In this document: positions 14,814 through 24,938 of the stretch, piece by piece
Layout of the letters: each line of letters begins with the position of its first letter
Position numbering within the stretch: the first letter of the stretch is position 1
Virus record (IMG/VR): IMGVR_UViG_3300005400_000003
Span: 1 to 29,715 of that record
DNA: 29,715 nt
Reading direction: 5' to 3' (one strand)
DNA from: a virus
Taxonomy: Duplodnaviria > Caudoviricetes
Position numbers and translations under genes: made by a program
Notes under the pieces: generated by a model
Database searches by the model: none
The model's input: the letters and a program-made list of their open reading frames with translations, nothing else
What the model was told of the DNA's origin: nothing

Positions 14814-16574
14814 ATGGCAGCTATTATTTCAGAAAAATTTAGAATTTTCAATGCGAAACAATTTCTAGAATCGCTAAGCGAAGGTACGAATGATGCAGAT
14901 TCGGATCGTACCAGAATGTATTTTTTCGTTGGACGATCTTCTAGGTGGGATGCTTACCTTGAGATTTTCAACGTTAGCGGAACTTTTACTGTGGGTGAAA
15001 CAGTAAGTGGTGGTGGATGGAGTGGCGTTGTTGCTGCTGTCTATTCTAACAGTATGTTACTGAATACTATTCTACCAACACCCACAACTACTCCAGCATT
15101 TGGTACAACCATTACTGGTGGTACTAGTGGTGCTACTTCTAAGAGTGGTGTTTATAGGTATGGAACGGAAGATGTTCCTCCAATGCCATTAGACAACTTT
15201 ACTGAAAAGAAGTCTGTTTATGAAGAATTGATTGCTGCTAAGAGAGTTACTGGTCCTTTCGCTCGCCTTGTAGTTCCCCGTTATAACTGGAACCTTACGT
15301 TGAATCCAAAGTTTGACATGTTCCGTCCTAATTACTCACCTACTCCTGGTGGCGGCGGTGCTATTGGAGTTGAAACAGCACTGGGATCAACTTCACTATC
15401 AACTTCTAAGTTTTATGTGATGAACTCTCAATATGAGGTGTTCAAATGCTTATATAATGGAGAGAATCCCGCAAATCCAACTGGTCAGAATGCAACTTAT
15501 GAACCAAAGACCCAACCATCAGGTGGTCAAGGAGCATTTGCAAACAATCTCTTTAAAGAACCAGGCGGTACTGCTGAATACATTTGGCAGCATATGTTCA
15601 CTCTTTCTACGAGTGATGTTCTTTCATTCCTTTCATCAGACTTTATGCCAATTGCAGCAAGTGGTGACGCAATTAAGACTGCAATTCAAAATGCTGCCAT
15701 TGACGGTGGTGTGCATGTTTCTATTATCAGAGACGCTGGAACCTCTCTTCCCGCTTCCCAAGACCTTTACACTTCAATCTATGGAGATGGTACAGGAGGG
15801 ATCATTAAGATCACTACAGATGGTTCTGGATCAATCTCTTCTAGCGAAGTGGTTGCTGCTGGTACTGGTTATACCTATGCTAATGTTATTTTAGAAACTG
15901 GTAAAGTGTTTACAGATCTGGCATTAACTGCAGCTGCAGGTGCTTTTGCAGGTACTGCTTCATTAGAAGTAGTCATTTCCCCAGAAGGTGGACATGGATC
16001 AAACGCTGAGGACGAATTATTCTCCAAGCGTGTCATGACAAATATTCGTTTAACATATGACGAAGGATCGGGTGATTTCCCTGTGGATAATGACTTCCGT
16101 CGTATTGGTATTATTCAAGATCCTTATGAATATGGTACGACAAGCTTTGCATCAGCTAGTACTTTACGTGGTACAAATGTATTAAAAGTTAATGGTGCTA
16201 CTGCAGATTATGTTGCTGATGAAACGATTACACAGACTGTTACTGGTGGTACTGCTAAAGGAACTGTAGTTTCTTGGGATAGTACAAATGGTATCTTAAA
16301 GTATTATCAATCATCATCTATTCATACAGATAGTGGAAAGGTTTTTGCATTTGAATCCAACGCTGCTAATGCAGTAGTTGGTGGTACTTCAACTGCATCT
16401 GGAACTGTTGATACTTCACAAGATGCTATCCTTTCGGATATCTCATTTACTGGAGGTCTTGCATCCCCAGAATTGGAACCAAACTCTGGAGAAATCGTAT
16501 ACATAGAGAATAGAAGAGAGATTACTAGAGCTCCTGATCAAATTGAGGACATTAAGCTAGTAATTGAATTCTAA
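14814..16574 (+). CDS. gp8: Baseplate wedge subunit gp8
   Basis: MAAIISEKFRIFNAKQFLESL, FYVMNSQYEVFKCLYNG, NDFRRIGIIQDP and C-terminal SGEIVYIENRREITRAPDQIEDIKLVIEF are typical of cyanophage gp8. Confidence 0.92.
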   Translation: MAAIISEKFRIFNAKQFLESLSEGTNDADSDRTRMYFFVGRSSRWDAYLEIFNVSGTFTVGETVSGGGWSGVVAAVYSNSMLLNTILPTPTTTPAFGTTITGGTSGATSKSGVYRYGTEDVPPMPLDNFTEKKSVYEELIAAKRVTGPFARLVVPRYNWNLTLNPKFDMFRPNYSPTPGGGGAIGVETALGSTSLSTSKFYVMNSQYEVFKCLYNGENPANPTGQNATYEPKTQPSGGQGAFANNLFKEPGGTAEYIWQHMFTLSTSDVLSFLSSDFMPIAASGDAIKTAIQNAAIDGGVHVSIIRDAGTSLPASQDLYTSIYGDGTGGIIKITTDGSGSISSSEVVAAGTGYTYANVILETGKVFTDLALTAAAGAFAGTASLEVVISPEGGHGSNAEDELFSKRVMTNIRLTYDEGSGDFPVDNDFRRIGIIQDPYEYGTTSFASASTLRGTNVLKVNGATADYVADETITQTVTGGTAKGTVVSWDSTNGILKYYQSSSIHTDSGKVFAFESNAANAVVGGTSTASGTVDTSQDAILSDISFTGGLASPELEPNSGEIVYIENRREITRAPDQIEDIKLVIEF

Positions 16575-16599
16575 CTAGTTAGATTTAGCGTGTTGCGAG

Positions 16600-19500
16600 A
16601 TGCCCCAAAAGACAAACCTGAACGTAGCTCCATTCTACGATGACTTTGACCAGGATAAAAATTTTTATAAGGTTTTATTCCGTCCTGGGTATTCTATTCA
16701 GGGTAGGGAATTAACTCAGTTACAATCAATTTTACAGAATCAAATTGAACAGTTTGGTAAGTATGCCTTCAAGCAAGGTGAACTTGTCATTCCTGGTGAA
16801 GTTGGGTTAAACACCAAACTTAATTTTGTAAAATTATCTTCAGTATCTGAAATTCCTATAAATCAAGATGGTCAGATTGTTTATAAAAAATACGACGTAA
16901 GTGGTCTTAAATCCCAGAGTTTGAGGGGTTTGACTTCTGGTGTCGTAGCTACTGTTGTGGAGGCGTTTACGGCGACTGAAATCGCTTCTGATGTCATATA
17001 CGTAAATTATACCAATAGTGGCGATGCAGGCAATGAGGAGACGTTTAGACAGGGTGAAACACTAGAGGTAGTTGATGGTATTAATACTCCATTACTAGTA
17101 GTTGGAACAGACGGTAGTGTTTTACCAACAAGTATTGAAGTATCAAATTCAGATAATAATACGAATACTTCACTTGAAAGTCCCGCTATGGGATATGCAT
17201 CTGCTGTACAAGTAGAAGAAGGAATTTATTTTGTAAATGGGTATTTTGTAAAAAATAGTTCTCAACTATTAGTAATTGACAAATATTATAATAAACCATC
17301 TGCAAAGATTGGATTTAAAATTACAGAAAGTATTTTAACTCCAGAAGAAGACAATTCTTTATATGATAATGCTATTGGATCCAGTAACTATACTGCACCT
17401 GGAGCTCATAGATTAAAGATTGTACTAAATCTAGTAAAATATTCGCTTACAGAGATAACAGATAAGAACTTTATTCAACTTCTATCTGTTCGTAGTGGTG
17501 TAGTACAAAGTATTATTTCTCCAACTGATTATAATCTTTTAGAGCAAACACTTGCTAGAAGAACTTATGACGAGTCTGGAGATTACGTTGTTGATAATTT
17601 CTCCTTAGATATTCGGGAATATTATCAGCAAGATGGAAATCTTGGTGTTTATGGAAAGGATGAATTCGGACTAGTAAATGGTATTGAATTACAAACAGCA
17701 AAGGAAAAATTAGTTGCTAGCATTGGTCCTGGAAAGGCATATATTAAAGGTTTTGAGATTGTAAGCAAAGAAACTAAGTATGTTGATGTAAACAAGGCTA
17801 GAGAAACTTTAGAAAGGGATGATATTAGGTTAAAGACGCAAGGGTTACCTACTTACAAAATTACAAATACTTATGGAACTATCCCATTAAATGCTGAGGG
17901 ATCTGAATTAACAGCATATCCAAATGTATTTTTATGCTCTAATTTTAATGATGGAAGTATTGGTTTAAACAATACAGAAGGAGTAAACGATTACAAACAG
18001 ACATTAAATCGTAGAGGTACATTCTTTAATGTCAATTCTGGAATCAAAACGATTTATGTTAATATTGATAGTTATCATGCAAATACATATTCAACATTAA
18101 CTGACGCTAACTTTGAGTCTACTCTAGGAACATTGTGGTTTGTTCAAACAAGAACTGATGTTGGAGAACCATCTGTAGTTAATTCGGTAAAATCATTATC
18201 ATTCTCAAAAGTAAACAGAATTGAAGTAAATTCTAGTAGCGGAGTTACTTTTCTAGAATTAACTATTACTGCTAGAAAAGATATTCTAGACACATATTTC
18301 TTAGAGTATGATGAATCATCAGGATCAAGATATAGAGAAATTTATTTAACTGAGACTGAAGCAATCAATGGTGGAAATGCATTAGGAACTATTGTTGATT
18401 ATAACGAAACTATCACACCAGTGATTGGTCTTGCTAAACCAAGTAATATCACGTTAATTGAAAGAGGATCTGGTTTTAATGAAGATTCCGATGCTGTAAT
18501 TTCAAAAGGTAGACTTTCCAATGGTGATGCTGTTTATAATACCACCTTTGGATTTTCATACTTTGATCCCCAATTCTTTACTAAGATTTTATTAGATGAG
18601 GAAATTGTTGCTGATGGAAGATTCTCTTCTGGAAAATATGTTTATGGCTTAGAAAGTGGTGCATATGGAGTTGTAGAAGGTCCATCAGAAGGTAAATTTA
18701 CCACAAATAAAACTTTGATGGTAAAAACACTTTTTGGAAATTTCAAGTCTGGCGAGACTATTAGGGATGAAAATAATAATTCATTAAGGGTTGCCAAAGA
18801 TAATACTATTTCCCATTTTGTTGTTAATAATAGGGGATCTAATTATGTTGATGGTTCCAAATTAAGAATTGATGGTGTTGAGTTTGATTCATCAAAAGTT
18901 AATCTGAATATTCAAAGTGGTGCTATTATTAACGCTACTGTAGTTAATAGATCACTCTTCAATACTGAGTATTCCAAACCACCCGTTATTGATGTTCTTC
19001 AAGGATCTGGAGGAGGAAATCCTTCAGCATCTGTTATCACACCAGTATTAGTTAGAAATTCTGTTGTTACTTACACACCACAGCATGTTAAATCATTCTT
19101 CTGTGAGTATGGATCTGGTAATACTAATGTATTTACATCAGATATTGAAGTCAATAAAGAAAAATTCGCTGAGATTACTGCTATTACAGATTTCACATTT
19201 AGTGGAAATGTTGGTAGAAAGTTCATTGAGTGTAATGGATTTGGTGGAGACTCCACCAAAATTGTTCAGCAGGGAGATTTAATTCAATTTACAGATAGTA
19301 ATGATACAATCGTTCGTGCAATTGTTCAGTATTCAACTAAACCAGCTGGTGTTTTAAAATCAAGAATTTATATAGACAGATCTTTACCAAGAGATGTTAG
19401 TAATAGTAGTGTTGTAAGAGTACGTCCTTTTATTACAAACTTTAATCAAGGAACTTTACTTTATAAGACTGGTTCTTCACAAGTAAGTTCTATTGTTGCA

Positions 19501-22500
19501 GACAGTGAAGATTCTAAGATTTCTCATTACTTGAGAAGAGATTTTGTTACAACTGGTGTTGGTGGAGCAGGTTCTATTACTTTCGCTGCTCAGTTGCCAT
19601 TTGGTACACAAAGGTTTGTTTCTTTTAGTGAAAGTAACTTCCTGGTAACAGTTCTTAATCCAGGAGATGCACCTGATATAGTTAAAGGTGATATTGTTTA
19701 TATCACACCAGAACACGTATCAATTAAAGCATCTACAGATTCTGCTAGTGGATTGACTTCTGGTAGTGTTAGTTTGAATCTTCCTGCTACTTATTTTGGA
19801 TCAATTCCTATAGGTGGTGTGTATCCGACATTAAAACTTACTGCAACTTTAGAAGTTACTAAGGCAAAACCAAGATTAAAGACAGCAGTAGTAAATAAGA
19901 GAATTGTTATTGATTCACCTGGAGATAAGATTATCCCATTCCGCGGTAATGATTATGATTCGGAAAGTCTCCAAGTTTATAGTTATGCTGATGCATATAA
20001 ATTGAGATATATTTACGAAGGATCATCTTCAGAACCACCTGTTGTTGATAGAAATGGTAATCTTGTTAGTGGTACTGATGTTTCTCAAAGATTTACTTTT
20101 GATGATGGACAAAGAGATACTGTATATGACCTTTCCAGAATTGTACTAAAACCAGGATTTGATCCTCCTGCAGGACAACTGGTTATTGCATTTGATTATT
20201 TTGAGCATACAAAAGGCGATTTCTGTACAGTTGATTCATACTTACATGAAGCTGGTGTTGGATCTGAAGAAATTCCATCTTTCAACTCACCTACATTAGG
20301 TAAAATTTCACTAAAAGATGTTTTAGATTACCGACCTAAAGTAGATAACAATTCTATTATATCTGGATTTCAAGACAATGCGCTTCTCTCTTCTTCAAAT
20401 ACCAGATCATTTACTGGTACAGGTGGTGTTATTACTAGCACACCAGCTCCAGATCTCAACTTAGAATTTACATTCTCATTCACACAGAAGCAGTATTTGG
20501 ATAGAATTGATGGTCTCTTCTTAGATAAGAAAGGTCAATTTATTATTAAAGAAGGTAATTCTTCATTGAATCCAACAAAACCAGATTTGATTAGCGGTGC
20601 AGTACCTTTGTACTACATGTATGTTCCTGCATTTACTCAGAGTAGTAAAGATGTGAGGATTACAGCAGTTGATAATCGTCGTTATACGATGCGTGATATT
20701 GGTAAGTTAGAGAAAAGAATTGAAAGATTGGAATATTACACTTTATTGAGTGTTCTTGAGCAACAAGCATTAAATATGCAGATTATTGACTCTTCAGGTG
20801 TTAATCGCTTCAAGAGTGGGTTCATTGTGGATAATTTTGAGACACATAAGATTGGGTCTTTAAGATCACTTGATTACAAGTGTTCTATTGACACACAACA
20901 ATCTGTAATGAGACCTCAATCTAAGGAAGATTCGTTTAGTTTGATTGAAGTTAATCAGAGAGATGACCAAAGATCTATTGATGGTTATTCACGTACTGGA
21001 GATCGTGTTACTCTTCCATATTCAGAACTAGAATTACTTGGTAATTCTTTTGCCACTAAGGAAATTAATCCAAACCCATTTGTTGTTCTTCAATATGTTG
21101 GTGATGCATTTATTGGACCAAATGTAGATTCTTGGTATGATAATAGCGTATCTCCATTAGTAAATGATAATAACACTAATCTATATTCTATTTTTATTGC
21201 TAAGAATGAATTGAAGGATGCTTTCTCTAGCATATACAATTCATATAAGGTTAATTGGTTAGGTGCTGATAGATCATTCTTTAATATTGGATCTTTTGCT
21301 GATGTTAATAGTGCAGTTTCCGATTCTACAGTAACAAGTGCATCAATATCTAGTTCTTCAAATATTAGTCCAGAGAATAATGAGATTGGTAAAGGTATTT
21401 CCACCAAGGGAGTTGGATCAAATGTCGTTTCTACGTCGTTATCATTCTTTGCTAGAAGTATTCCTATTAAGTTTAACATTAGTAGACTAAAACCAAATAC
21501 AAATATCTCAGTGTTCATGGAAGGAAGAGATATTGCACGTTGGGTGAATCCAGATTTCAGATATACTGGAATTTCTGGAAATTCTCTTTCTGCATTTAAT
21601 GGTCAGGTAAAGACTGATGAGAATGGTAATGCCAGTGGAATTATTTTAGTTCCTGCAGGAAAACCACCTAGAGAGAATGCTATTTGGTCTGGAAATGTTG
21701 AGACTGTAGTATATGACGATGATGCAGATGAAGTAAGATTTACAACAGGAGTTAAAACAATTAGATTCACTTCCAGTGCTTCTGATTCTCCAAAAGAAGA
21801 AGTTGATTCTTACGCAGAAGTTAAATTCTATGCTACTGGATTATTACCAGAAAATCCATCTTCAATTGTTTCAACTACTCCAGCGTTCTTTAAATCCAAT
21901 GAAGGTATTCAGATTACAGATAGTAACACTGAGAACCCAATTAAACCCAATCCTCTTGCTCAGACATTCACCATAGAAGGGTTTGATGGTGGAGTTTTTG
22001 CAACTAGTTTAGATCTATTCTTCTCCAAGAAGAGTAATAAAATTCCATTGAGAGTATACTTAACTGATGTTCAAAGTGGAAAACCTGGAAAGAATATCAT
22101 TCCAGGAACACAAAAAGTTTTAAGTCCAGAAACTTACTTGAGAGTTGTTTCAAGTGAAACATTAACTATCACTAAGGATGAAAAGGTAACTGGTTCATCT
22201 TCTAATGCATCTGGTCCTATATCTAAGTTATTTGATAAAAATAACATTGAAGTAACATCATCAACAACAGGAGTATTTACTTTAACTAGTGATCAAGTTT
22301 ATACATTAGTTTTAAGTAATCATAATGGTAGATCTTTCCAACAGGATGAGAATTTATCAATCCCTTCATTGATTGAAAATAACAATTTAAATAATACAAC
22401 TTCAACTTTAAAAATTACTAAAGATTCCGGTAGAGTTACTGATTTGAAAGTGACAAATACAGGATCTGATTATGATTCTGCGATTTTGACTATTGAGAGT

Positions 22501-24717
22501 CCACAACTTCCAGGAGGAGGAAATTCAACAGCAACCGTGAGAGTTTCTGGTGGTAAAGTTTATCACACAGAAATTGTTCTTTCTGGTTCAGAATACACAG
22601 AACCTCCAGCAGTTGTCATTAATGGAACTGGAACTGGTAATGCAGGTGCAGAGATTGAATCTTATATCACTATTGATAGTCCAGCAGTCCGTATGGGAAT
22701 TGCAATTGATGAGAGTGGAATCACACCTTCAATTACTCCAACAAACTTCAAATTTGATTATCCAATATATCTAGAATCAGATACTGAGTATTCTTTGGTT
22801 ATTGAAACTGATTCAATTGATTACCTATTATGGGCATCTAAATTGGGTGAAGTTGAGATTGCTACAAGTACAACAGTAACTACTCAGCCAGCGTTAGGAT
22901 CATTATTCAAATCACAAAATACGAATAATTGGACGGAAGATCTGTTTGAAGATGTTAAATTTACACTTAATCGTGCCGAATTTGATATTAGTAGGACTGC
23001 TTCTATTACTCTAACTAATGAGAATTTAGGATACGAACCATTATCTGCTAATTGTATTGAAACTAATGCAGAGTCAAATACATCTGCTACTTCAACATTA
23101 TTCAAGAATAATAATTTCGTGGTAAGAATAAATCACGAAGATAATGGATTTGATTCTGATAATAAGTCATATGTATTCTTCAAGAATACAAAAGATGTTG
23201 GTGGGATTGCTTCTTCTCAACTCAACAGTAATTTATTCCAAGTAAGAAATACAGGAATTGATTATTATAATATTACATCATCGTCTAGATCATCTTCAAA
23301 TTCTTTCGGTGGAGGAAGCTCAATACTTGCTTCTTATAATAGAAAATTTGAGAAAATTCACACGACGGTTCCATATCTGTCATTTGCACAAACAACAGTT
23401 AATAGTTTCGTTAAAACTACAAACATTTCACCAATTGATGATAACGTAAATAGTTTTACTTCTTATACACAATCAGATTATGAGAAGACATTTGTAAATG
23501 AAGATGTTTATTTCATCAATCAGAAAGTTATTGCTTCTAGGATTAATGAAATAATTAATGGTGTAGATAGGTCTTTATCATATAAAATGAATTTGATGAG
23601 CACTGTTTCACATCTTTCCCCATTGATTGATCTTTCTCGTTCTACAGTAAAGACAATTTCAAATAAAGTTGAAAACGCAAAGGGTTCTGAAGATAGATTT
23701 GGAAGAAGGAATCAAGTTCTGGAATTTTATCCTGTTTATAACTTTAATGTTTCGGGTATTGATACTTCATCCGAAGTTATTCAATCTAATCAAACGGTTG
23801 AAGGATCAACAACTAATGCAATAGGAGAAATTGTTAAAGTATCTGGAACAACAATATCAGTTAAATTAAAATCTACTAATGCATTCACTCCTGGTGAGAC
23901 TTTAAGTTTCTCCAATCAGACTTTTGCTGGAACTACAACAGTTGGTTTGAGTGGGGTATCTCAAGTTATATTCCAAATTCCAAATACAATAGTTCCACCA
24001 ACATATGTTACTGCTAGAAATCCATCTGTTGTTGCTGAAATATATGCTAATAGGATTACTGGTAAAATTGTATTATGGAATCAAAAGTCTAGCACATTAA
24101 ATTTAGTTAATGATAGGCATCCAATATCAAATGATTATACAAGTGCAATTGTTGAGGGAGCAGAATTTACTAGAAATGCTTCTACTGATTTGCAAGATGA
24201 TGATATTTTCAGAGTAGGTGATCTTCTGTCTTATGAAGGTCAACCAAATGATGAACATGAATTCATAGAAGTTTCAAAAATTACTTATACTGATGGGGTT
24301 GACTTCATTTCTGATAATCAATCAAAGAACAGTTCTAGTTCTGCTAAGTACGTAACTAAAGAAGTTTCTATTCAAAATCCAGCAACTTCAATTGATGTTA
24401 AGACTACGGTAAATGTTTCTGATATTGGGAATATTAAAGTACTTTATAGAATTAAAAAATCTTCTTCTCAAGAAAATTTTGAGGACATTGAATGGGTATA
24501 TTTCAATGAAACTGGTATTCCAGATACAAATGTGATTGCTACCTCAGAAAATTCTATTAGTGCTATTTCCGAAAAGCAATCATCATATCAAGAACTTTCA
24601 TATAGTACCAACGATCTTCCAGAGTTTTCATCGTTCGCAATTAAAATTGTGATGGCGTCATCAAATCCCGCATTTGTACCAAAAGTTCAGGATTTGAGAG
24701 CTGTCGCATCATATTAA
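16600..24717 (+). CDS. vrlC: VrlC-like / DUF4815 virion structural protein (2705 aa)
   Basis: N-terminal PFYDDFD..KNFYKVLFRPGYSIQGRELTQLQSILQNQIE, plus APGAHRLKI, LARRTYDESGDY, RRYTMRDIGKLEKRIERLEYYT and PLAQTF. It sits in the usual position after gp8. Confidence 0.85.
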   Translation: MPQKTNLNVAPFYDDFDQDKNFYKVLFRPGYSIQGRELTQLQSILQNQIEQFGKYAFKQGELVIPGEVGLNTKLNFVKLSSVSEIPINQDGQIVYKKYDVSGLKSQSLRGLTSGVVATVVEAFTATEIASDVIYVNYTNSGDAGNEETFRQGETLEVVDGINTPLLVVGTDGSVLPTSIEVSNSDNNTNTSLESPAMGYASAVQVEEGIYFVNGYFVKNSSQLLVIDKYYNKPSAKIGFKITESILTPEEDNSLYDNAIGSSNYTAPGAHRLKIVLNLVKYSLTEITDKNFIQLLSVRSGVVQSIISPTDYNLLEQTLARRTYDESGDYVVDNFSLDIREYYQQDGNLGVYGKDEFGLVNGIELQTAKEKLVASIGPGKAYIKGFEIVSKETKYVDVNKARETLERDDIRLKTQGLPTYKITNTYGTIPLNAEGSELTAYPNVFLCSNFNDGSIGLNNTEGVNDYKQTLNRRGTFFNVNSGIKTIYVNIDSYHANTYSTLTDANFESTLGTLWFVQTRTDVGEPSVVNSVKSLSFSKVNRIEVNSSSGVTFLELTITARKDILDTYFLEYDESSGSRYREIYLTETEAINGGNALGTIVDYNETITPVIGLAKPSNITLIERGSGFNEDSDAVISKGRLSNGDAVYNTTFGFSYFDPQFFTKILLDEEIVADGRFSSGKYVYGLESGAYGVVEGPSEGKFTTNKTLMVKTLFGNFKSGETIRDENNNSLRVAKDNTISHFVVNNRGSNYVDGSKLRIDGVEFDSSKVNLNIQSGAIINATVVNRSLFNTEYSKPPVIDVLQGSGGGNPSASVITPVLVRNSVVTYTPQHVKSFFCEYGSGNTNVFTSDIEVNKEKFAEITAITDFTFSGNVGRKFIECNGFGGDSTKIVQQGDLIQFTDSNDTIVRAIVQYSTKPAGVLKSRIYIDRSLPRDVSNSSVVRVRPFITNFNQGTLLYKTGSSQVSSIVADSEDSKISHYLRRDFVTTGVGGAGSITFAAQLPFGTQRFVSFSESNFLVTVLNPGDAPDIVKGDIVYITPEHVSIKASTDSASGLTSGSVSLNLPATYFGSIPIGGVYPTLKLTATLEVTKAKPRLKTAVVNKRIVIDSPGDKIIPFRGNDYDSESLQVYSYADAYKLRYIYEGSSSEPPVVDRNGNLVSGTDVSQRFTFDDGQRDTVYDLSRIVLKPGFDPPAGQLVIAFDYFEHTKGDFCTVDSYLHEAGVGSEEIPSFNSPTLGKISLKDVLDYRPKVDNNSIISGFQDNALLSSSNTRSFTGTGGVITSTPAPDLNLEFTFSFTQKQYLDRIDGLFLDKKGQFIIKEGNSSLNPTKPDLISGAVPLYYMYVPAFTQSSKDVRITAVDNRRYTMRDIGKLEKRIERLEYYTLLSVLEQQALNMQIIDSSGVNRFKSGFIVDNFETHKIGSLRSLDYKCSIDTQQSVMRPQSKEDSFSLIEVNQRDDQRSIDGYSRTGDRVTLPYSELELLGNSFATKEINPNPFVVLQYVGDAFIGPNVDSWYDNSVSPLVNDNNTNLYSIFIAKNELKDAFSSIYNSYKVNWLGADRSFFNIGSFADVNSAVSDSTVTSASISSSSNISPENNEIGKGISTKGVGSNVVSTSLSFFARSIPIKFNISRLKPNTNISVFMEGRDIARWVNPDFRYTGISGNSLSAFNGQVKTDENGNASGIILVPAGKPPRENAIWSGNVETVVYDDDADEVRFTTGVKTIRFTSSASDSPKEEVDSYAEVKFYATGLLPENPSSIVSTTPAFFKSNEGIQITDSNTENPIKPNPLAQTFTIEGFDGGVFATSLDLFFSKKSNKIPLRVYLTDVQSGKPGKNIIPGTQKVLSPETYLRVVSSETLTITKDEKVTGSSSNASGPISKLFDKNNIEVTSSTTGVFTLTSDQVYTLVLSNHNGRSFQQDENLSIPSLIENNNLNNTTSTLKITKDSGRVTDLKVTNTGSDYDSAILTIESPQLPGGGNSTATVRVSGGKVYHTEIVLSGSEYTEPPAVVINGTGTGNAGAEIESYITIDSPAVRMGIAIDESGITPSITPTNFKFDYPIYLESDTEYSLVIETDSIDYLLWASKLGEVEIATSTTVTTQPALGSLFKSQNTNNWTEDLFEDVKFTLNRAEFDISRTASITLTNENLGYEPLSANCIETNAESNTSATSTLFKNNNFVVRINHEDNGFDSDNKSYVFFKNTKDVGGIASSQLNSNLFQVRNTGIDYYNITSSSRSSSNSFGGGSSILASYNRKFEKIHTTVPYLSFAQTTVNSFVKTTNISPIDDNVNSFTSYTQSDYEKTFVNEDVYFINQKVIASRINEIINGVDRSLSYKMNLMSTVSHLSPLIDLSRSTVKTISNKVENAKGSEDRFGRRNQVLEFYPVYNFNVSGIDTSSEVIQSNQTVEGSTTNAIGEIVKVSGTTISVKLKSTNAFTPGETLSFSNQTFAGTTTVGLSGVSQVIFQIPNTIVPPTYVTARNPSVVAEIYANRITGKIVLWNQKSSTLNLVNDRHPISNDYTSAIVEGAEFTRNASTDLQDDDIFRVGDLLSYEGQPNDEHEFIEVSKITYTDGVDFISDNQSKNSSSSAKYVTKEVSIQNPATSIDVKTTVNVSDIGNIKVLYRIKKSSSQENFEDIEWVYFNETGIPDTNVIATSENSISAISEKQSSYQELSYSTNDLPEFSSFAIKIVMASSNPAFVPKVQDLRAVASY

Positions 24718-24728
24718 GAGGTTCCTAA

Positions 24729-24938
24729 ATGGAAACTATTAAGGTGAAAGATAGTGATCATCTATACCGTGATTTAAATACTGGTGCGATCATAAATACT
24801 GACAGATCTGCCTTTGAAAAATATAAAAAATCCAGAAATAAATTCCATAATATGGAACAAGAAATGGATTTTATGAAAGGTGAGATAAGTGAAATAAAGT
24901 CCCTATTGCAACAGCTGCTGAAGTCAAATGGTCCTTAG
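24729..24938 (+). CDS. Small conserved hypothetical (probably virion-associated) protein
   Basis: GAGG SD at 24718-24721. The protein has the motif LYRDLNTGAIIN and a C-terminal coiled coil EISEIKSLLQQLL. Confidence 0.8.
   Translation: METIKVKDSDHLYRDLNTGAIINTDRSAFEKYKKSRNKFHNMEQEMDFMKGEISEIKSLLQQLLKSNGP

Noticed and set aside
15433-15894. 153-aa alternative-frame ORF inside gp8
   Set aside because: Its L/Q/V/M-rich composition is what the shifted frame of T-ending codons produces, and no start signal was seen.
5366-24717. Inteins, introns or homing endonucleases explaining the giant ORFs
   Set aside because: I recognised no intein termini or LAGLIDADG/HNH/GIY-YIG motifs, and the frames are continuous.
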